Assembly: GCA_013239625.1 (NCBI GenBank)
Contig: MU053881.1
Span: forward strand, 15,244,373-15,308,372
From: Lama guanicoe
Lineage: Eukaryota
Direction: 5' to 3'
Length of the DNA: 64,000 nucleotides
The notes under the pieces: model-generated
What the model was told of the DNA's origin: nothing
Database searches by the model: none
What the model saw: only the letters and a program-made list of their open reading frames with translations
In this document: in pieces, positions 23,096 through 36,787 of the stretch
Numbering within the stretch: position 1 is the stretch's first letter
Layout of the letters: the number at the start of each line of letters is the position of its first letter
Made by a program: the position numbers and the translations under genes

Positions 23096-24850
23096 AAAGA
23101 TCAATATCCCTTACCAATACAGATGCAAAATCCCTAAACCAAATGCTAAACTGAATCCAAAAGTATATTAATTAAAAGAGCTACACACCATAACCAAGTG
23201 GGATTGATCTCAAGAATGTAAGGGTGGTTCAACATAAGAAAACCAATCAATGTAACATAATATTAATAGAATGAAGAGAAAAAAATCCCACATCATCATC
23301 TCAATTGATGCATTAAAGACACTTGACAACATCCAATATCTTTTTTGATTAAAAAAACCCTCAGGAAAGTAGACATGGAAAGAACACACACATGATAAAA
23401 GACATTTACGAAAAAGTCACAGCTAACTTCATACTCAGTGGTGAGAGATTGAAAGCTTTCCCCATAAGACAAAGAACAAGACAAGAATGTCTACGTTTAC
23501 CACCTGCTATTCAACATCATACTAGATGTTTTAACTAGAGGAATTAGGCAAGAAAAATAAATAGAAGGCATCTAAATTGAAAAAGAAGAAATAAGACTGT
23601 CTCTATTTGCAGATGACATGACCCTATGTATAGAAAACACCAAAGAATTCACAAGAAAGCTAGAAAATATTTATATATCATATATCTCAGGAATTTTCAG
23701 TATCTAGAATATACAGAGAACTCCTATGACTCAACAACAAAAACACAAACAACACACTTAAAAAACACGTGAAGGATTTTTTTTCCTTTAATTTAATTTT
23801 TTTATTGAACTATAGTTGATTTACAATGTTAGTTTCAGCTGTACAGCAAAGCAATTCAGTTACATGTATTCATATATATATATATATGTATTTTCAGATT
23901 CTTCTCCATTATAACTTACTAAAAGAAATTGAATATAGTTCCCTGTGGTATACAGTAGGTCCTTGTTGTTTATCTATTTTATATATAGTAGTGTGTATCC
24001 GTTAATCCCAAACTCCTAATTTATCCCTCCCCCGCCAAGCAAAGGATATTATGTTCAAGGAGGATATACAAATGGCCAACTAGCAGGTAAAAAGATGCTT
24101 GCATCACTAATCATTAAGGAAATGCAAATGGAAACTACAATGAGATAACACTTTACACCCATTAGCATGGCTATTATCAAAATAACAAGTGTTGGTGTGG
24201 ATAAATTGGAACTCTTTTGCACCTCTGGTGGGGAGAAGTGAAATGGTGCAGCTGCTGTGGAAAACAGTTTGGCAGTTCCTCAAAAAGCTAAACAGAATGA
24301 CCGTATGATTCAGCAACTCCACTTCTGGAGGTATATCCAAAAGAATTGAAAGCAGGGGCTGAAACTGAGCTTGTACACAAATGTCCACAGCAGCACTACT
24401 CACGATAACCAAAAAAGGTAGAAAGAACACAAATGTCCACTAGTAACTGAATGAATAAACAAAACCTAGTATATCCACACAATGGAAAATTACTCAGTCA
24501 TAAAAATAGAAAGAAGTTCTGTTCCATACTACAATGTGGTAGAACTTTGAAAACATTATGCTGAATGAAATAAGCCAGTCACAGAAGGACAGACATTATC
24601 TGATTCCATTTTTATGAAATACCTAGAATATACAAATTCATAGAGACAGGAAGTAGATAAGAGGTTACCAGGGGCTGAAGAGGAAGAGGGGGAGGAATGA
24701 GGAATTATTGCTTAATGGTTACAGTGTGACCGTTTGGAGGCGATGCAAAAGTTTTGGAAGAAGACAGTGGTGATGTCTTGTGTGTATGCTCAACATCATG
24801 AATGTACTTAATGTCACAGAACAGTCCACTTAAAAATGGTTAAAATGATA

Positions 24851-24968
24851 GTGGGTAGAGTACAGTGGTAGAGTGCAGGCTTGGCATGCACAAGGTCTTG
24901 GGTTCAATCTTCAGTGCCTCCATTTAAATAAATAAATAAATAAATAAGCCAAATTACTTCCCCCCTGC
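24851..24968 (+). mobile_element. tRNA-derived SINE (degenerate)
   Basis: CAGTGGTAGAGTGCAGGCTTGGCATGCAC...GGGTTCAATC and (TAAA)n tail. Confidence 0.75.
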
Positions 24969-25474
24969 CAAAACTTAAAGCAGCAGCAACAACAAAAACC
25001 AAATATATATGTGTGTAAATAAAAAAACTTTATAAAAATGGTATCACATGGTTACAATTATTTTCACTCAGTGATCTGGGTTTGTCTGGCTCATCCTTTT
25101 TCATCGCTGTATAGTACTCCGTGGTAAGATCACACTCTAACATTTCCCTAGGTTCCAACTCATTATTATTATGAACCATGCTGCTGGGAAGAAATGCATT
25201 TGTAGGCTTCCCTGGGGTTTGTACCTGGCACAGAATGGCCAGGAGGGAGAGTCCAAACATCTTCAATTGCACTCACATGGCCAAATTGTTCTTCCATGTG
25301 GTGAAGTGGAAGTGACCAGTCACCAGCGACTCTGTCCGCTGCCCCAGCCCCTGCCTGTGAGCCTCCCTAGGAGTGAAGAGGGATTGCAGAGTGACTTCAT
25401 TCGCTGACCCCTAGGCTGAGCTTCTATTTTTGGTTGTCCTGGGTTTGTCTTCTCTAAATTACCTGTTCACGCCT

Positions 25475-25830
25475 GTACAGCATTGGATAGTGTGTCCCCA
25501 AAGTCACGTCCACCCAGAACCTCAGATTGTGACCTTTAGGGTCTTTGTAAATGTAATTATTTAGTTAAGAGGAGGTCATACTAGAGTTGGGTGGGCCCTA
25601 AATCCAGTGACTGATTTCCTTGTAAGAAACCGAGACTGGAGTGATGCTGCAGAGACTGAGGGATGCCACCCAGTACCAAAGTCACCAGAAGCTAGGAGGG
25701 AGGCCTGGGACCAGCTCTCCCTCACAGCCTCCAGCCCTGCTGACACTTTGATGTGGGATTTCTGGCCTCCAGCAACTGTGACAGAATACATTTCTGCTGT
25801 TGTAAGCCACCCAGCTCGGGATCCTTTTTA
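25475..25830 (+). mobile_element. MaLR (MLT1-like) LTR
   Basis: GGGCCCTAAATCCAGTGACT...CCCTGCTGACACTTTGAT...GTAAGCCACCCAG. Confidence 0.65.
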
Positions 25831-28786
25831 TGACCAAAACAATTCTATCTGCCCTTTTTTCAGTCTGGTGTTTTTCCTTTCAATCTAATGTGTCTGGGAG
25901 GCCTTCATAGGTTCTGGTAGCTTCTCCTTGGTCAGTTAAAGGCATTGCAGGTATCTTCTCTCAGTCCTAGGCTTATTGTTTCAATTTCTGTATGGATGTT
26001 TTTTAGGTGTCCAAAAGTTAGAAATTGTGATTGATTCCAATTGATGTATTCATTTTTTTTTCCTCATCAAAGGCAGGATTTCATTTGCCAGGCAGTTAAG
26101 GCTGGGGTATGGTTTGCCTTGGTGATGCTCCCGGCTGTGACCTCCCTGCCTTCTGGGTTTGGGCCTCTGCCAGGCCCCTTGAGTTCTGTCCACCCCTGCC
26201 TCAAAATGAGGACTCACTTGGGGAAGGATGGGGACAGCTGAGTGTGAGTCAGCAGAGCCTGGGCTGCAGGGGAATGGGGGGCGGAAGTGGTCGGCTCAGG
26301 CCCTGGGACCGGCTGTGTGGGTTCCTTGCCTCCGGGGTCACCAGGACAGCCCCTGGCCAGGCAGGAAGTGGGTGAGCTGAGGAGTCAGGTTCCGGCCCCC
26401 ATGTGCTCACTGCCCGGAACCCTGACTTCCCTCCCAACTCCCGCCTCTGCACGCCCCGCTCCAGTGCCTCGGTTTGCATGCCTGCTCCTGGAATGATTTC
26501 ACTGACCATGGTGTGCATTTACGTAGCACCTGCAGTGTGCTAGGTCCTGGTTGACGTGTGGACACGCAGCCCCATCCAGGTGGATGCAGGAGTCAGCTCG
26601 CTGTCACCGGGGAAAACTGAGGCTCAGATCGGGGCAATCCTATGCATGGCTCACACAGCTTGGAGTCCAAGTCACCCAATAGCCCAAGTCTTCCTCCTTG
26701 GCTGGTTGGGGCACTTTCTGCCTCTCGGGGTTCTCACCCCCAAACACAGCACCTTGGCAGAGAAAATGCCTAGAAAGTTTCCATGTTTTCTCTCTTTGTC
26801 TCTTTCAGTCTCTCTCTTTCTCCCTTGTTCTCTCTGCATTTCTGTTTTTCAGTTTCTCACTGCTTCTCCCCAAATCATCACCATATGGTGTGTGTGTTGG
26901 GGGGTTGGGGGGGTAGTGGCAGCCTGAACCCTTGCCTCCTCCCTTTCTGGGACCAGGACATATCCACGCAGGTCTGGGCACTCCTTATAGAAACTGCTGA
27001 ATGCCTAGTGGCAAGCGGCCAGTGCAGGAAGGAGAGGATAGTTAAGTTAAAGAGGGTGTTGGGGAAAGACTTATTTGGGATTTTCCATGTGGCACTTTGC
27101 CCTTCTTACCCCTACCTAGCCCTGTCATAGTCAAAGTGTCCCAAGATGATCTCAGTATGTGTTCCCATATTTGGGTTTTGAGGGATGCATAGGAGTTCTC
27201 TAGGTGTAAATGGTGAGGAAACTTCCAGGCAGAAAAGACAGCCTGGGGTCAGCAGAGACAAGGAAACAGGGGTTCAGATGTCCAGCAGAGGAGCCTGTTT
27301 TCTCCAGTGGGCCAAGGGAAGCTACCGAGGGTGTGAGAGGTGGGGAGGGGTCCAGGCAGAACCTGGAACGGGATGGACTAGAAGGGTCAGACTGGCTTCT
27401 GAGGCCTTCACATTTAAGACTGAGAATGTCCAGGCAAGAGCTGAGGGAAACTCTGTTGAATGAGGCCAAGCCTTACCCTTGAATGAGCCTCCCTGAATAT
27501 GCCTTGGACCCTTCAGCTGCCTGTGTGTTACCTGTCACAGCTGGGACCTCTGCACTGTCCTCCCAGCCTGGGAGCTGCTGGATCCCTGGTGTGTTCCCAG
27601 CCCAAAGCCCAGCGTATAGTAGGTAATTCATAAGGGCAGCTGTGAGGAGACCAGGAGATGGGGCTCTAGAAGCCAGGAACTGGCAAAGTGGGGGCCTCAG
27701 CTGGAGGAGGAACCTGGCTTTCTGGGGTGTGTCTTCCCCCTAAACCCAGGCTCAGGTGCCTCCCTGTACCTCCTGTTGGCCTCAGAATGGAACACCCAGC
27801 ACTCACTTGTCTCCTTTTTCTGGTAGTTTATTGCACACCTATTAAGCGCCCAGTGCTGTACTGGGTGCAAGGGACACAGGGGACCCCAGATAGACCTACC
27901 TGTCTTCCTGGGCTCCCACAGAACCAGTGAGTTACTACTCAGAGTTTGTGGGTTGAAGGGGATGGATAAGGCAGCTATGGGAGGCAGACAAATTGCCTGG
28001 ACAACCAGGAGGGCTTCCTGGAGGAGGAAGTAATAATATTTATACTTATTAAGTAACTACTATGTGCCAGACACCCCGTTAAAAGCTGTAAAAGCAGAAT
28101 CTCACTGAATGCTCACACAAATCCCATGAGTATGGGGAAACTGAGACTCAAAGAAGTAGAGCTCAGGTCATCCCCCACCTCCCAGCTTCTCATGGCCTTT
28201 GGAATAACACCCTGACCACCTGCCAGTCCGTCAGGCTCTCTGCGCCATCAGCCCACGGGGCGCCATCACACATCCCTACATGGATCACCCACTCCCCTCC
28301 ACACACTGTCTCACAGGGCGCAGGTGAGGCCACAGGGCTTTTCTCTGGGCAGAGTAGCCAAGGGGAGGCAGGGGTTCCTGTCAAATCAAAGAGGCAAGGG
28401 GAGGTTTTCAGGTTTTGGGAAGAGGATCCCCCATCTAAAAAGGGCACACAGGCCCTACCAGTGACCAAGGAGCATCTATATGGTAAACCTAAGACTGTGG
28501 CCCACACCCCGGGGCCATGGAAAGAGTCAGACTTAGGAGCAAAACCATTCGGCATGGACACCTCATCCGAGGGTGCAAAGACCATGGGTGCTGTGGAACT
28601 TGGAGGGGGTACTCTCTCCCCTGGGACCCATGTTGTCAAAGACAAGCCATTTCCTGTATTGCTGAAGCCCTTTTGGTTTCAAAGCTCTCTTCTTTGAAAG
28701 CCACTGACCCTGGAGTATCCCCATTTCTTCTAAGGACAGCCATGGGGGGAATGATCGAATCCTGCTTCTGCTGTTTAAGCTGCTCA

Positions 28787-29940
28787 GCTCCAGAGAAGCT
28801 GGCTTGGGTTCATACTCCTGCCCCTCCTCTCCCTGAGACAAGGGGCTTCGACTGGCAGAGCCTCAGTTTTCTCATCTGCAAAGGCAGCTTAAATGGCAGA
28901 AAAAGATTCGATTAGTTTCCCCTATCAGTTTCCCCCATTCTCTGAGAGTGGGAATTCTGCACACACTGGTGGGGATCAACATGATCACGATTCAAATCCC
29001 AGCACCAACTCCATTGCTGTGTGACCATGGACAAGTTACTCAACATCTCTGTCCATCAGAACAAAGGCAGTGGGTTTGAAGGAAGAACAACACACAGTGG
29101 AGAAATCCTCTCATCATTCTCATCCAGCGCACTCACAGCAGCCACCACAAACCGAGCACCAGGTCACCCACCAAGGACAGAACTACCAGTGATTCGGAGC
29201 CCTCTCTGCCAGCCGATGACCCCAGGCTGAGGGGGACCCTGGTGGACACCAGCTTCTCACAAAGACACACAAGAAACCACATAGTTCAACTGTTTATTTG
29301 CTTTCTGAGGTGTCAAGTTTGGGGTCTCCCAGGGCCCAGACCCTAGCAAAGCCTGACAGACCCTTGCCCGGTCTGGGGTCCCAGACAGGGGGGTTTCAGA
29401 CAAGGCACTCACAGGAGTCTCCCCGGGGGGTCAGGGAGAAGCCACCCCGAGGCTGCAGGGGCTGGACTCTCCTTTGGGGACAGGACACAGGGTCACCTTC
29501 AGCAGGAAGGGTTTTTCCAAGAGAGAGATTTGGGACAAGATACAAGCCTGAGCTGTTAAGGGAGTCCTGGAAACATGCCAGGTACCCTCTGGGCAGGCAG
29601 AAAGCCAACTCTGCTTCCCAAGGTCCAGATGAGATTTTCCTCAAGTGTGTAGGACACAGAAGCCTGTGATGAGCTTGGGTGAGCCCGTCCCGGGCAGTGG
29701 GGGGCCAGGGCCACCTCCCAGAGCCTGAGGGTGCTTCTCTCTTTCCTGTCCCGTCCCCTTTCTCTGTGACCCGTGTGTACCAGAGAGGCAGGCACTTCTG
29801 TGGATCTCTGGGCAGTTGAAGGGAAAGCCTGAGTGAGGAGGGGGAGGAGGGGAAATGGATTTTAAGTAGGGGGAGCAGCTGGGCCTGGACTGGGGCCCCT
29901 CGAAGTCTGGGAGCCCCCCAAACTCAGCTTGTGACAACTG
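28787..29940. repeat. Segmental duplicate, copy B (PGPEP1 3'UTR end region)
   Basis: Same-orientation match to 5635-6820, with a net 71-bp shorter segment at ~29632-29642. Confidence 0.95.
29293..29298 (-). terminator. Probable PGPEP1 polyadenylation signal
   Basis: First canonical AATAAA I could find downstream of the PGPEP1 stop (~4.5 kb 3'UTR). It is followed by a GU/U-rich element TGTGGTTTCTTGTGTGTCTTTGTG. Confidence 0.65.
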
Positions 29941-30560
29941 TTCCTGAACTGGAGGACAGGATCTCTTAGCAGGTAAGCCCAGCGTCCCCCCAGAAACTAA
30001 CTTTCAAAGTGTATATTATGGCAAATGCCCTCCCCTCTCAACAGCCATTCTGCGTAGGGTCTAAGGGGACCCTGGCCTTTAACGCACTTCCTCACTGTAA
30101 AAATGGAGATGTTTTTCCTCCCAATGGCAGCCCTGGTCCCTTAAGAGGCACTTGTTTGTGGAGAAGGGAAATTTAATCTGAGAAATAAGAATAAAGCCCT
30201 TTTCGGCTCCTCACAAGCCTGTGGGTGTCATGGCATTTGTGGCCACAAGGGGTGACCTGAAAATGAGGTGGCTTACCTCAACCTGTGTGACCACCATCAG
30301 AGCCCCACGCTGGCTGCAGGCTCATGAGGGTTTCCAGTGGTCTCAGGGTGGCGGCTGAGGCCTCAGAGAAGAATGGGGCTTTGTCCCACCATCCCTGAAG
30401 GGGACTTTTGGGTTCAGACTCTCCAAGGGGCGGAGAGTTCAAAGGTCAACAGTCTAGACAGTGGCAGCAAAAAAGAGCCCAATGTGGTGGGCAGCTTTCC
30501 AGGAGCAACTCCCCTCCCCTGCCCAGTCACTCCCTGCGGGGCACAGGCTTGCGGTGTATA

Positions 30561-30563
<3 letters not shown>

Positions 30564-30593
<30 letters not shown>
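30564..30593. repeat. (CA)n microsatellite in PGPEP1 3'UTR
   Basis: Directly visible. Confidence 0.95.
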
Positions 30594-30594
<1 letters not shown>

Positions 30595-33500
30595 AGCTGG
30601 CCTGGCTTCCTGGCAGAAACTTTGAAGATAACAAAAAGGCATCTTGAGTATACTTTTCCAGTCGTCCCCTTGAGCAGGCCCTTTCTGTTCTAGAAGTTTT
30701 CATGCCAGTAAAGAGCAGGGTAGCTGAAAACTATTTTCCTGGTGGAAGCTATGGCAATTTGATCTTTCCCCAAAGACCTGGCACTGACTGGGAAGTCATG
30801 ATTTCTGCCTCCCTGCCCCCACCCCACCGCCCCACGGCCCTGTCTCTCTCAATGGCCAGGGGACCTCAGTTGTTCCTTGATTTGGACCAGGTGAGCCAGG
30901 TGGCACCACCCCCAGTCCACCAGCTGGAGTTCCTGCTTCTACCCACCTTTCTTTCTATCCACTCTGTCTTATTTCTTTTCCAACTACATACTCAGGCACA
31001 GACCACTGACCTTCTTCTTGGTGGGGGGGCGGTACCCAAAGTGGCTGAAAGAAGAATAAAGTCAAAAGGTCCGAGGCTCTGGCAACTTAAAGGAGATGCC
31101 ATCACTAGTCCCCCAGATCACTACCCCTGCCCGTCCTCCACCTCAGCATCCTCTGCAGGGGCTCACCAGAGGCCCCTCCTTCACCTTCCCATGGCTCCAA
31201 CCCCAGCATCACTTCTCACCTTTCCCCCATCAGCCTTCCCATCACATCCCTCAGCCCATCCTTCTACACTCACTGCACCCACCGCTTCTGGCATCGCTCA
31301 CCTACATACCTACAAGCTGCACTCACATCACAAACCTGTCCCTTTCCTTGTTCTGTGCCCGCCACAGTCTGAGACTCTGAAATGGTAAGGGAGAAGGAAT
31401 GCGACCAGCCACACCCCCACCTTCTCAGACAAGGATGTTTTAGTCCGGGACCCAACAAATGCAGACAGACACACCATGGAGTGAACAGATGAATTTGCCC
31501 AAAAGAAAAAGATAAAAATAATTAAAACAGGAAAATTAAAAAGCTGGCAGGGAGCGAATGAAATGTTTAATGACTATCTGATTAAATAAAAACAAGCAAT
31601 ATGCTCTGTATCGTGAACAAGGACAGGGTTCCAGCTTGACTTGATGAGGAAATCTAAAACCATTGCAGGAACATAAAAATGACACACACACACTCGACAA
31701 TGGTCAGACAATAAGTTATATCTCTAAGTCGCTAAATCACACGGTGCTTTAAACAGGGAGAAATGAGGACAAAAGAAAGATAAAAATGCAGAGTCTGGGG
31801 ATGGTGTGTCTGGGTTCCAGCTAAGCTCAAACCTGGCTCACTTCCAGTTCCCCCCTCCCCTCTCCAATTTGCCTGGATCCATTTCCTCCTCAGAGCCCCA
31901 CAGATCAGACCTTTAGGGAACCGAGCTAGACAGAGCTTGATGTCAATCTGAATAAGACATCTGGCGGACCCTCTGGCTTTGAGCCTCCCATGTTCAAAAG
32001 AGCCACAACCTCTGCTCACAGAAGCCAGCTGAGTGAGTAAAAGCAATGATAACCCACATTCCAGATTTCTCAAGAGACAGCAAACTAGGACTGGGGATGT
32101 GAGGGAGGCATTTCTGGCAGAGGGAGGGCTGACTTGGGGGTTCCTGATCATTTCACCCTGCCAGCCACCATCCACGCTAACTGCCACATGCTGACCCCAA
32201 GTCACCCACCTGCACACATTTCCTCCCACCCAGAGAAAGTCCAGGACTCAGAAATGCATTTAACTCAGAAACCCATTAACCTGGTTTCCAAGCAACACAG
32301 CAGCTCAGCAGAGGCAAGAACTACCCTGGGCATCAGAATAGGAGGTAAAGAGGGTGAGTGTTTAAGAAAACAAAACAAAACAAAACAAAAATCTCAGCTG
32401 TTTTCAGAAGAACTCCGTGCTAGGAAACACCAACAGGATCCAAACAGCGTCAGATCCCTGCATGCCTTACACTTAGGGAGATGATAAAACTGTGTGTTCT
32501 CCAAAAAATAGAAGACTATTTCCCAGACATGGATTTTCCTCATGGTTGCTGCTGCCACTCCCTCTCTCTGATGGGTGTCAAGGTCCAGGTGAACTCAGTT
32601 GCCTCCTGGGGGTTGTGACTCTCATTCCTGGCTAGTAAATTCCAAGTCACCCCAGGGAGTGAGATAAAAATTTACCTAGTCCTGGGTCCCAAAACCATCT
32701 ACATAAAAGCCTGCTGGCTGCCCTCCTGTTCAAACACACCAGCACACATGGAGCTCAGCCCCCAGACTCCCTTTTGGGCACCCCACTGCTGAAGGAAAAC
32801 AAGAAGCTGGTCCCCAGCACCAAAACTGAAAATCCAGGCCAGATGTGGGGTAGGTTTGCAGCTGCTACGCATTTCTACGTGTTAAGAAAAAAAAGTCATG
32901 TGCACGTTGAAATGACAGTCTGCCTTCCCGCTGGCACCCAGCTCCGGAGGCCCTGTGGGTACAGCACACAGCTCGGTTGTTGAAAGGATCAACCAACTCT
33001 TTCAATCTCCTGGGGCAGCAGCCACCCAGCCCCTCCCTGTGTTCTGGCCATGGGCCAGCACCCCCAGCCCCCAGCGAGGGGATCTCAGTGTCAGCCCCCA
33101 AACAAAGATGTAGGTCCAGTGTTTGCGGCAGGAGGCAGAAGGGGCCACACCCCACAAAAGACACTTCTGTGTTTCGCTAGAGCCCACGTTTTAACCAAAG
33201 GGAATATAAATTACTCTGTGCCCAAACTAGTGCTATTGTTTTTAAAAAGAGAATAAAAAAGAAAGAAAAGAACCCATGACACATCCCAAGGCAGCCCTAG
33301 TCGGGGAAGTCCAGGCTGTTGGGACATAGATCAGGGTAAAGACTCTTCATAAAGCTTTTAAATTTTGGCAAAACCAGTCCCAGACAGAGGGAACTCCGGA
33401 ATTCCTCCAACACAGACTTAGAAAAGCAGGTGGCCCCAGCCATGGGATTGCAGAGTGGAGCGCCACCTGATTAGGGTTCTCTGCAGAAATCAGGACCTCA

Positions 33501-33762
33501 GGACCTCCTGGCTTCCTGGCTGCCACAGCTGCATCCCCAGAGGCAAAGAGAAATAGATGGGAAAAAAATCTCCAGCTGCCCCCTTCAAATCAACTGGTGC
33601 TTTTGCAGAGGGAAAGGGAGAGGAAGTGAGTGCTAAGTTGGCAGATTCCATTCAAATTGGATCCCCAGCTGACAGGCTTGTCGTTTCAGGCCAGGCCCCT
33701 GCAGGGGGACGTCTCTCCCAGGGTCCCTGGCGGGATGAGGTCTTGGGAGGCCTGAATGGCTC

Positions 33763-33955
33763 TCAGTGTTTGTGGCAACAGTTGATTTTGCCTTCTGATT
33801 GCTCCAGGACGTCCAGCATCTCCTCGATGATGGCCTGAAGCGCCCTACCCAGCTGGTCCGCGTTGTATGGCTTGCCCAGAGGGGGCACGTGAACAAAGGC
33901 TGAGCGGCCGTGACTCTGGTACAGAGAGGTATAGTAGGTGAAGTCACAGAGGTAC
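33763..33955 (-). CDS. PGPEP1: PGPEP1 exon 5 (coding part)
   Basis: tttag|G; RYLCDFTYYTSLYQSHGRSAFVHVPPLG...CCHKH* containing Cys149 and His168. The five exons sum to 630 nt = 209 aa + stop. Confidence 0.96.
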
Positions 33956-35065
33956 CTAAACCACAGGGCGCAGGGGATGGGAGGGAAACCAAAACAGGGT
34001 CAGAGAGCGAATGTTCCATCCAAATGCATCGTAAGACATTCCCCCCCCCCACCAACCTCACCAGCAATCCGCACGATGGAATATTGCTTCCTCTTCCCCA
34101 CGCCAGCAAAAATGAAAAAACAAAGAAACAAACAAACAAAAAACCCCAGTTACTTCAAGTGCTGGGAAAAAAAAATAGTAACTCCAAGTGCTGGTGTATA
34201 TGTGGGGAAGCAGGCAGTGTGAGATGCTGCTGGTGGGGATGCCAATTGCTCCAGAGGAGGGCAATCTGGCGGGCTAGTCAAATTATAAATGCAGAGACTT
34301 TATGACCTGATGTTTCGAGTTTCTGGACTCTATCTCAGGAGCCAGCTGCACAAGGGCCCAAGAAAGATGAACAAGGTATCTGCTGCAGCATGATGAATAA
34401 AAGCAGAAAAACTGGAAGCAACCTGCCAGGGTCTGAATGTTGATGGTCCCCTCAAAATCCCTCCCACCCTGTGAGGACACAGCAAGAAGTCAGCAGTCTG
34501 CAATCTGTAGGAAGGCGTTGATCTTGAACTTTACTGCCTCCAGAACTGTGAGCAATAACATTCTGTTGTTTATAGGCTGCTGGTCTGGGAGTTTTTGTTA
34601 TAGCAGCCTGAACAGACTAAGACACCACCTAAAAGTCCACTGACAGAGGAGTGGCTTAATAAACTCTGTTCATCCACACAGTGGAATATTATGCAGCCAT
34701 TTACAATGTAGGCAGTAGGTCCACAGGAAGACAGAGAACTCACTAGGACCATGTTGTGTGCCCACAAGTGAAAAACGAAGAAAGGGAACTCTCACAAAAA
34801 ATGCACACCATGTAACCACATCTATGTAGAACCAGAGTGAAACAGGACAAAATTTCAAAGCAGCATGCCAAGTGTCCTACATATGTATGGAAATGCGGGT
34901 GAGTTGGAAGGTTCACAACTTAAGTCTCTGATCTAACAGAGGGATTACTGGGGCAGGGGGTGGGAGAGGAGAAAGGGCAAGAGAATCTTTAATACCAGGA
35001 ATGTATGAGAAAATATTCCAGAAATATCTGAGTAATTTAAAATTAATTTTAAAGAAAGACTGTTA

Positions 35066-35178
35066 GGGAGCAGGGTATAGCTCAGTGGTAGAGCATGTAC
35101 TTAGCATGCATGAGGTCCTGGGTTCAAACCCCAGTACCACCATTAAAGTAAATAAATAAACCTAATTACCTCCCCCAC
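35066..35178 (+). mobile_element. tRNA-derived SINE
   Basis: GGTATAGCTCAGTGGTAGAG...GGGTTCAAACCCCAGTACC. Confidence 0.85.
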
Positions 35179-35864
35179 CAAAAATTTTTTTAATAAATAA
35201 AATAAGTTACAAGGACATAACATGGGGAATATAGCCAATATTTTATAAGTATAGATGGAGTATAAACTTTAAAAATTGTGAATCACTATACTGTACACCT
35301 GGAACATATTCTACATCTGTAACATAACTTATGCACCTCAACTATATTTCAATTTAAAAAATAACTTTTTTTAAAAAAAGGAAAAAGAAAAAAGACTGAT
35401 GGTAAATTCAGCCACTTCTTCATTCCATCAACTGAATTTGCCACATGCTGCCTTTGGGCTGGAGAAGTATACAAAGTATTGAGAGACTGAGGTACCTGGT
35501 GCTGAAAGCACACAGAACAGAGAGGTCTGGGCGGTTGGAGAAGCCTTGCCAAGGAGGAAACATGATGGAGTGAAGACTTGAAAGAGGTGTTATCAGAGGG
35601 AGGTGAGTTCTAGGCAATGGTCACGGCATGTGCAAAAGCCCTGAGGCTAAAGTGAGCCAGTGTTTTTGAGGAACAGGAGGAGGTCTGGAATATAGTGGGT
35701 AAGGGGAGAGTGGAAGCAGATGAGGATGGAGAGGTAGGCAGGGGCCAGACCACAGAAAACCTGTGGATGGTGGGGAGTTGGGATTTTATTCGAGGTATAG
35801 TGGAAGCTGCAGGAAGAATCAAGCAAGATAGGGACATCATGTGACTTAACTTAATAAAAGACCT

Positions 35865-36310
35865 GGTAACAGGCTGAATAGTTACTCCCCAAAATTTATG
35901 TTCACATGGAACCTCAAAATATGACCTTATTTGGAGATGTGTGTTATGCAGATGCAATTAGTTAAGATAAGGTTATACTGGACCAGGGTAGGCCTTAAAT
36001 CCAAAGACTCATGTCCTTGTAAAAAGGCCATGTGAATACACACACAGGGAAGAAGGCCATGTGAAGATGAAAACAGATATTAGAGCGAAGCATTTACAGG
36101 CCACAGAACACTAAATGTTGCCAGTAGTCAGGCACAAGTCAGGAGAGAGGCCTACTACAGATTCTCTCTCAGAGCCTCCAGAAGGAACCAACCCTGCTGA
36201 CACCTTGATTTTGGACTTGTAGCCTCCAGAACTGGAAGATAATAAATTTTTGTTGTCCTAAGCCACCAACACGGTAATTTGTTACAGCAGCCTTAGGAAA
36301 CTAACAGAAA
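35865..36310 (+). mobile_element. MaLR (MLT1-like) LTR
   Basis: GAACCTCAAAATATGACCTTATTTGG...GTTACAGCAGCCTTAGGAAACTAACA. Confidence 0.7.
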
Positions 36311-36787
36311 CCGACTGCTTAGGGGAGAAAGACTGTCAGGGTTGGGGTAGAGGTGGCAGGAGGAACACAGGGAGGGGGCCGGAGCAACATCCATGTGGGA
36401 GATGCCAGGGGTCTGGGTGGGGAGAAGTGGGTAGATCCACATATAATGAGTTCCAGAAGCAGAATCAGTGGGATCTGTTATGTACATATACTTAGCTCTG
36501 TGCCTCATGCATGGTGAGAATTATATATCGTGAAATGCTACATAAAGTTTTCAATGTAAAAATATTATGTATAATACTGTTAAAATATCCCATGCTTTAA
36601 TTAGGTTGCAAATCAATAAAATTTTCAAAAGTTTTTTTAAAAAGTGCTTAAAAAAAAAAAAGCTAAAAGAGTGCTCAGCCCGAAGAGGCAAAGTTAACAC
36701 ACGTGGCTTGTCCAACATCCAGCCTGGGCTGATGGACGAGGGAAACCTCTACTCACACCTACCTCATCGGGCTCCATGGTGTCTTAC

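Larger units (their letters stand above)
18380..24850 (+). mobile_element. Old, fragmented long L1 with nested insertions
   Basis: ORF1-like A-rich region, ORF2 remnants (LDNLDEMDKFLETYKLPKLTQEE at 21838; LFADDM coding at ~23602) and 3'UTR. Interrupted by younger L1 tails (19895-20420, 21555-21810, 23780-24035), a SINE and an LTR. Confidence 0.8.

Noticed and set aside
30702..31388. 228-aa plus-strand ORF
   Set aside because: Pro/Ser/His-rich low-complexity translation antisense to the PGPEP1 3'UTR; no domain or splice support.
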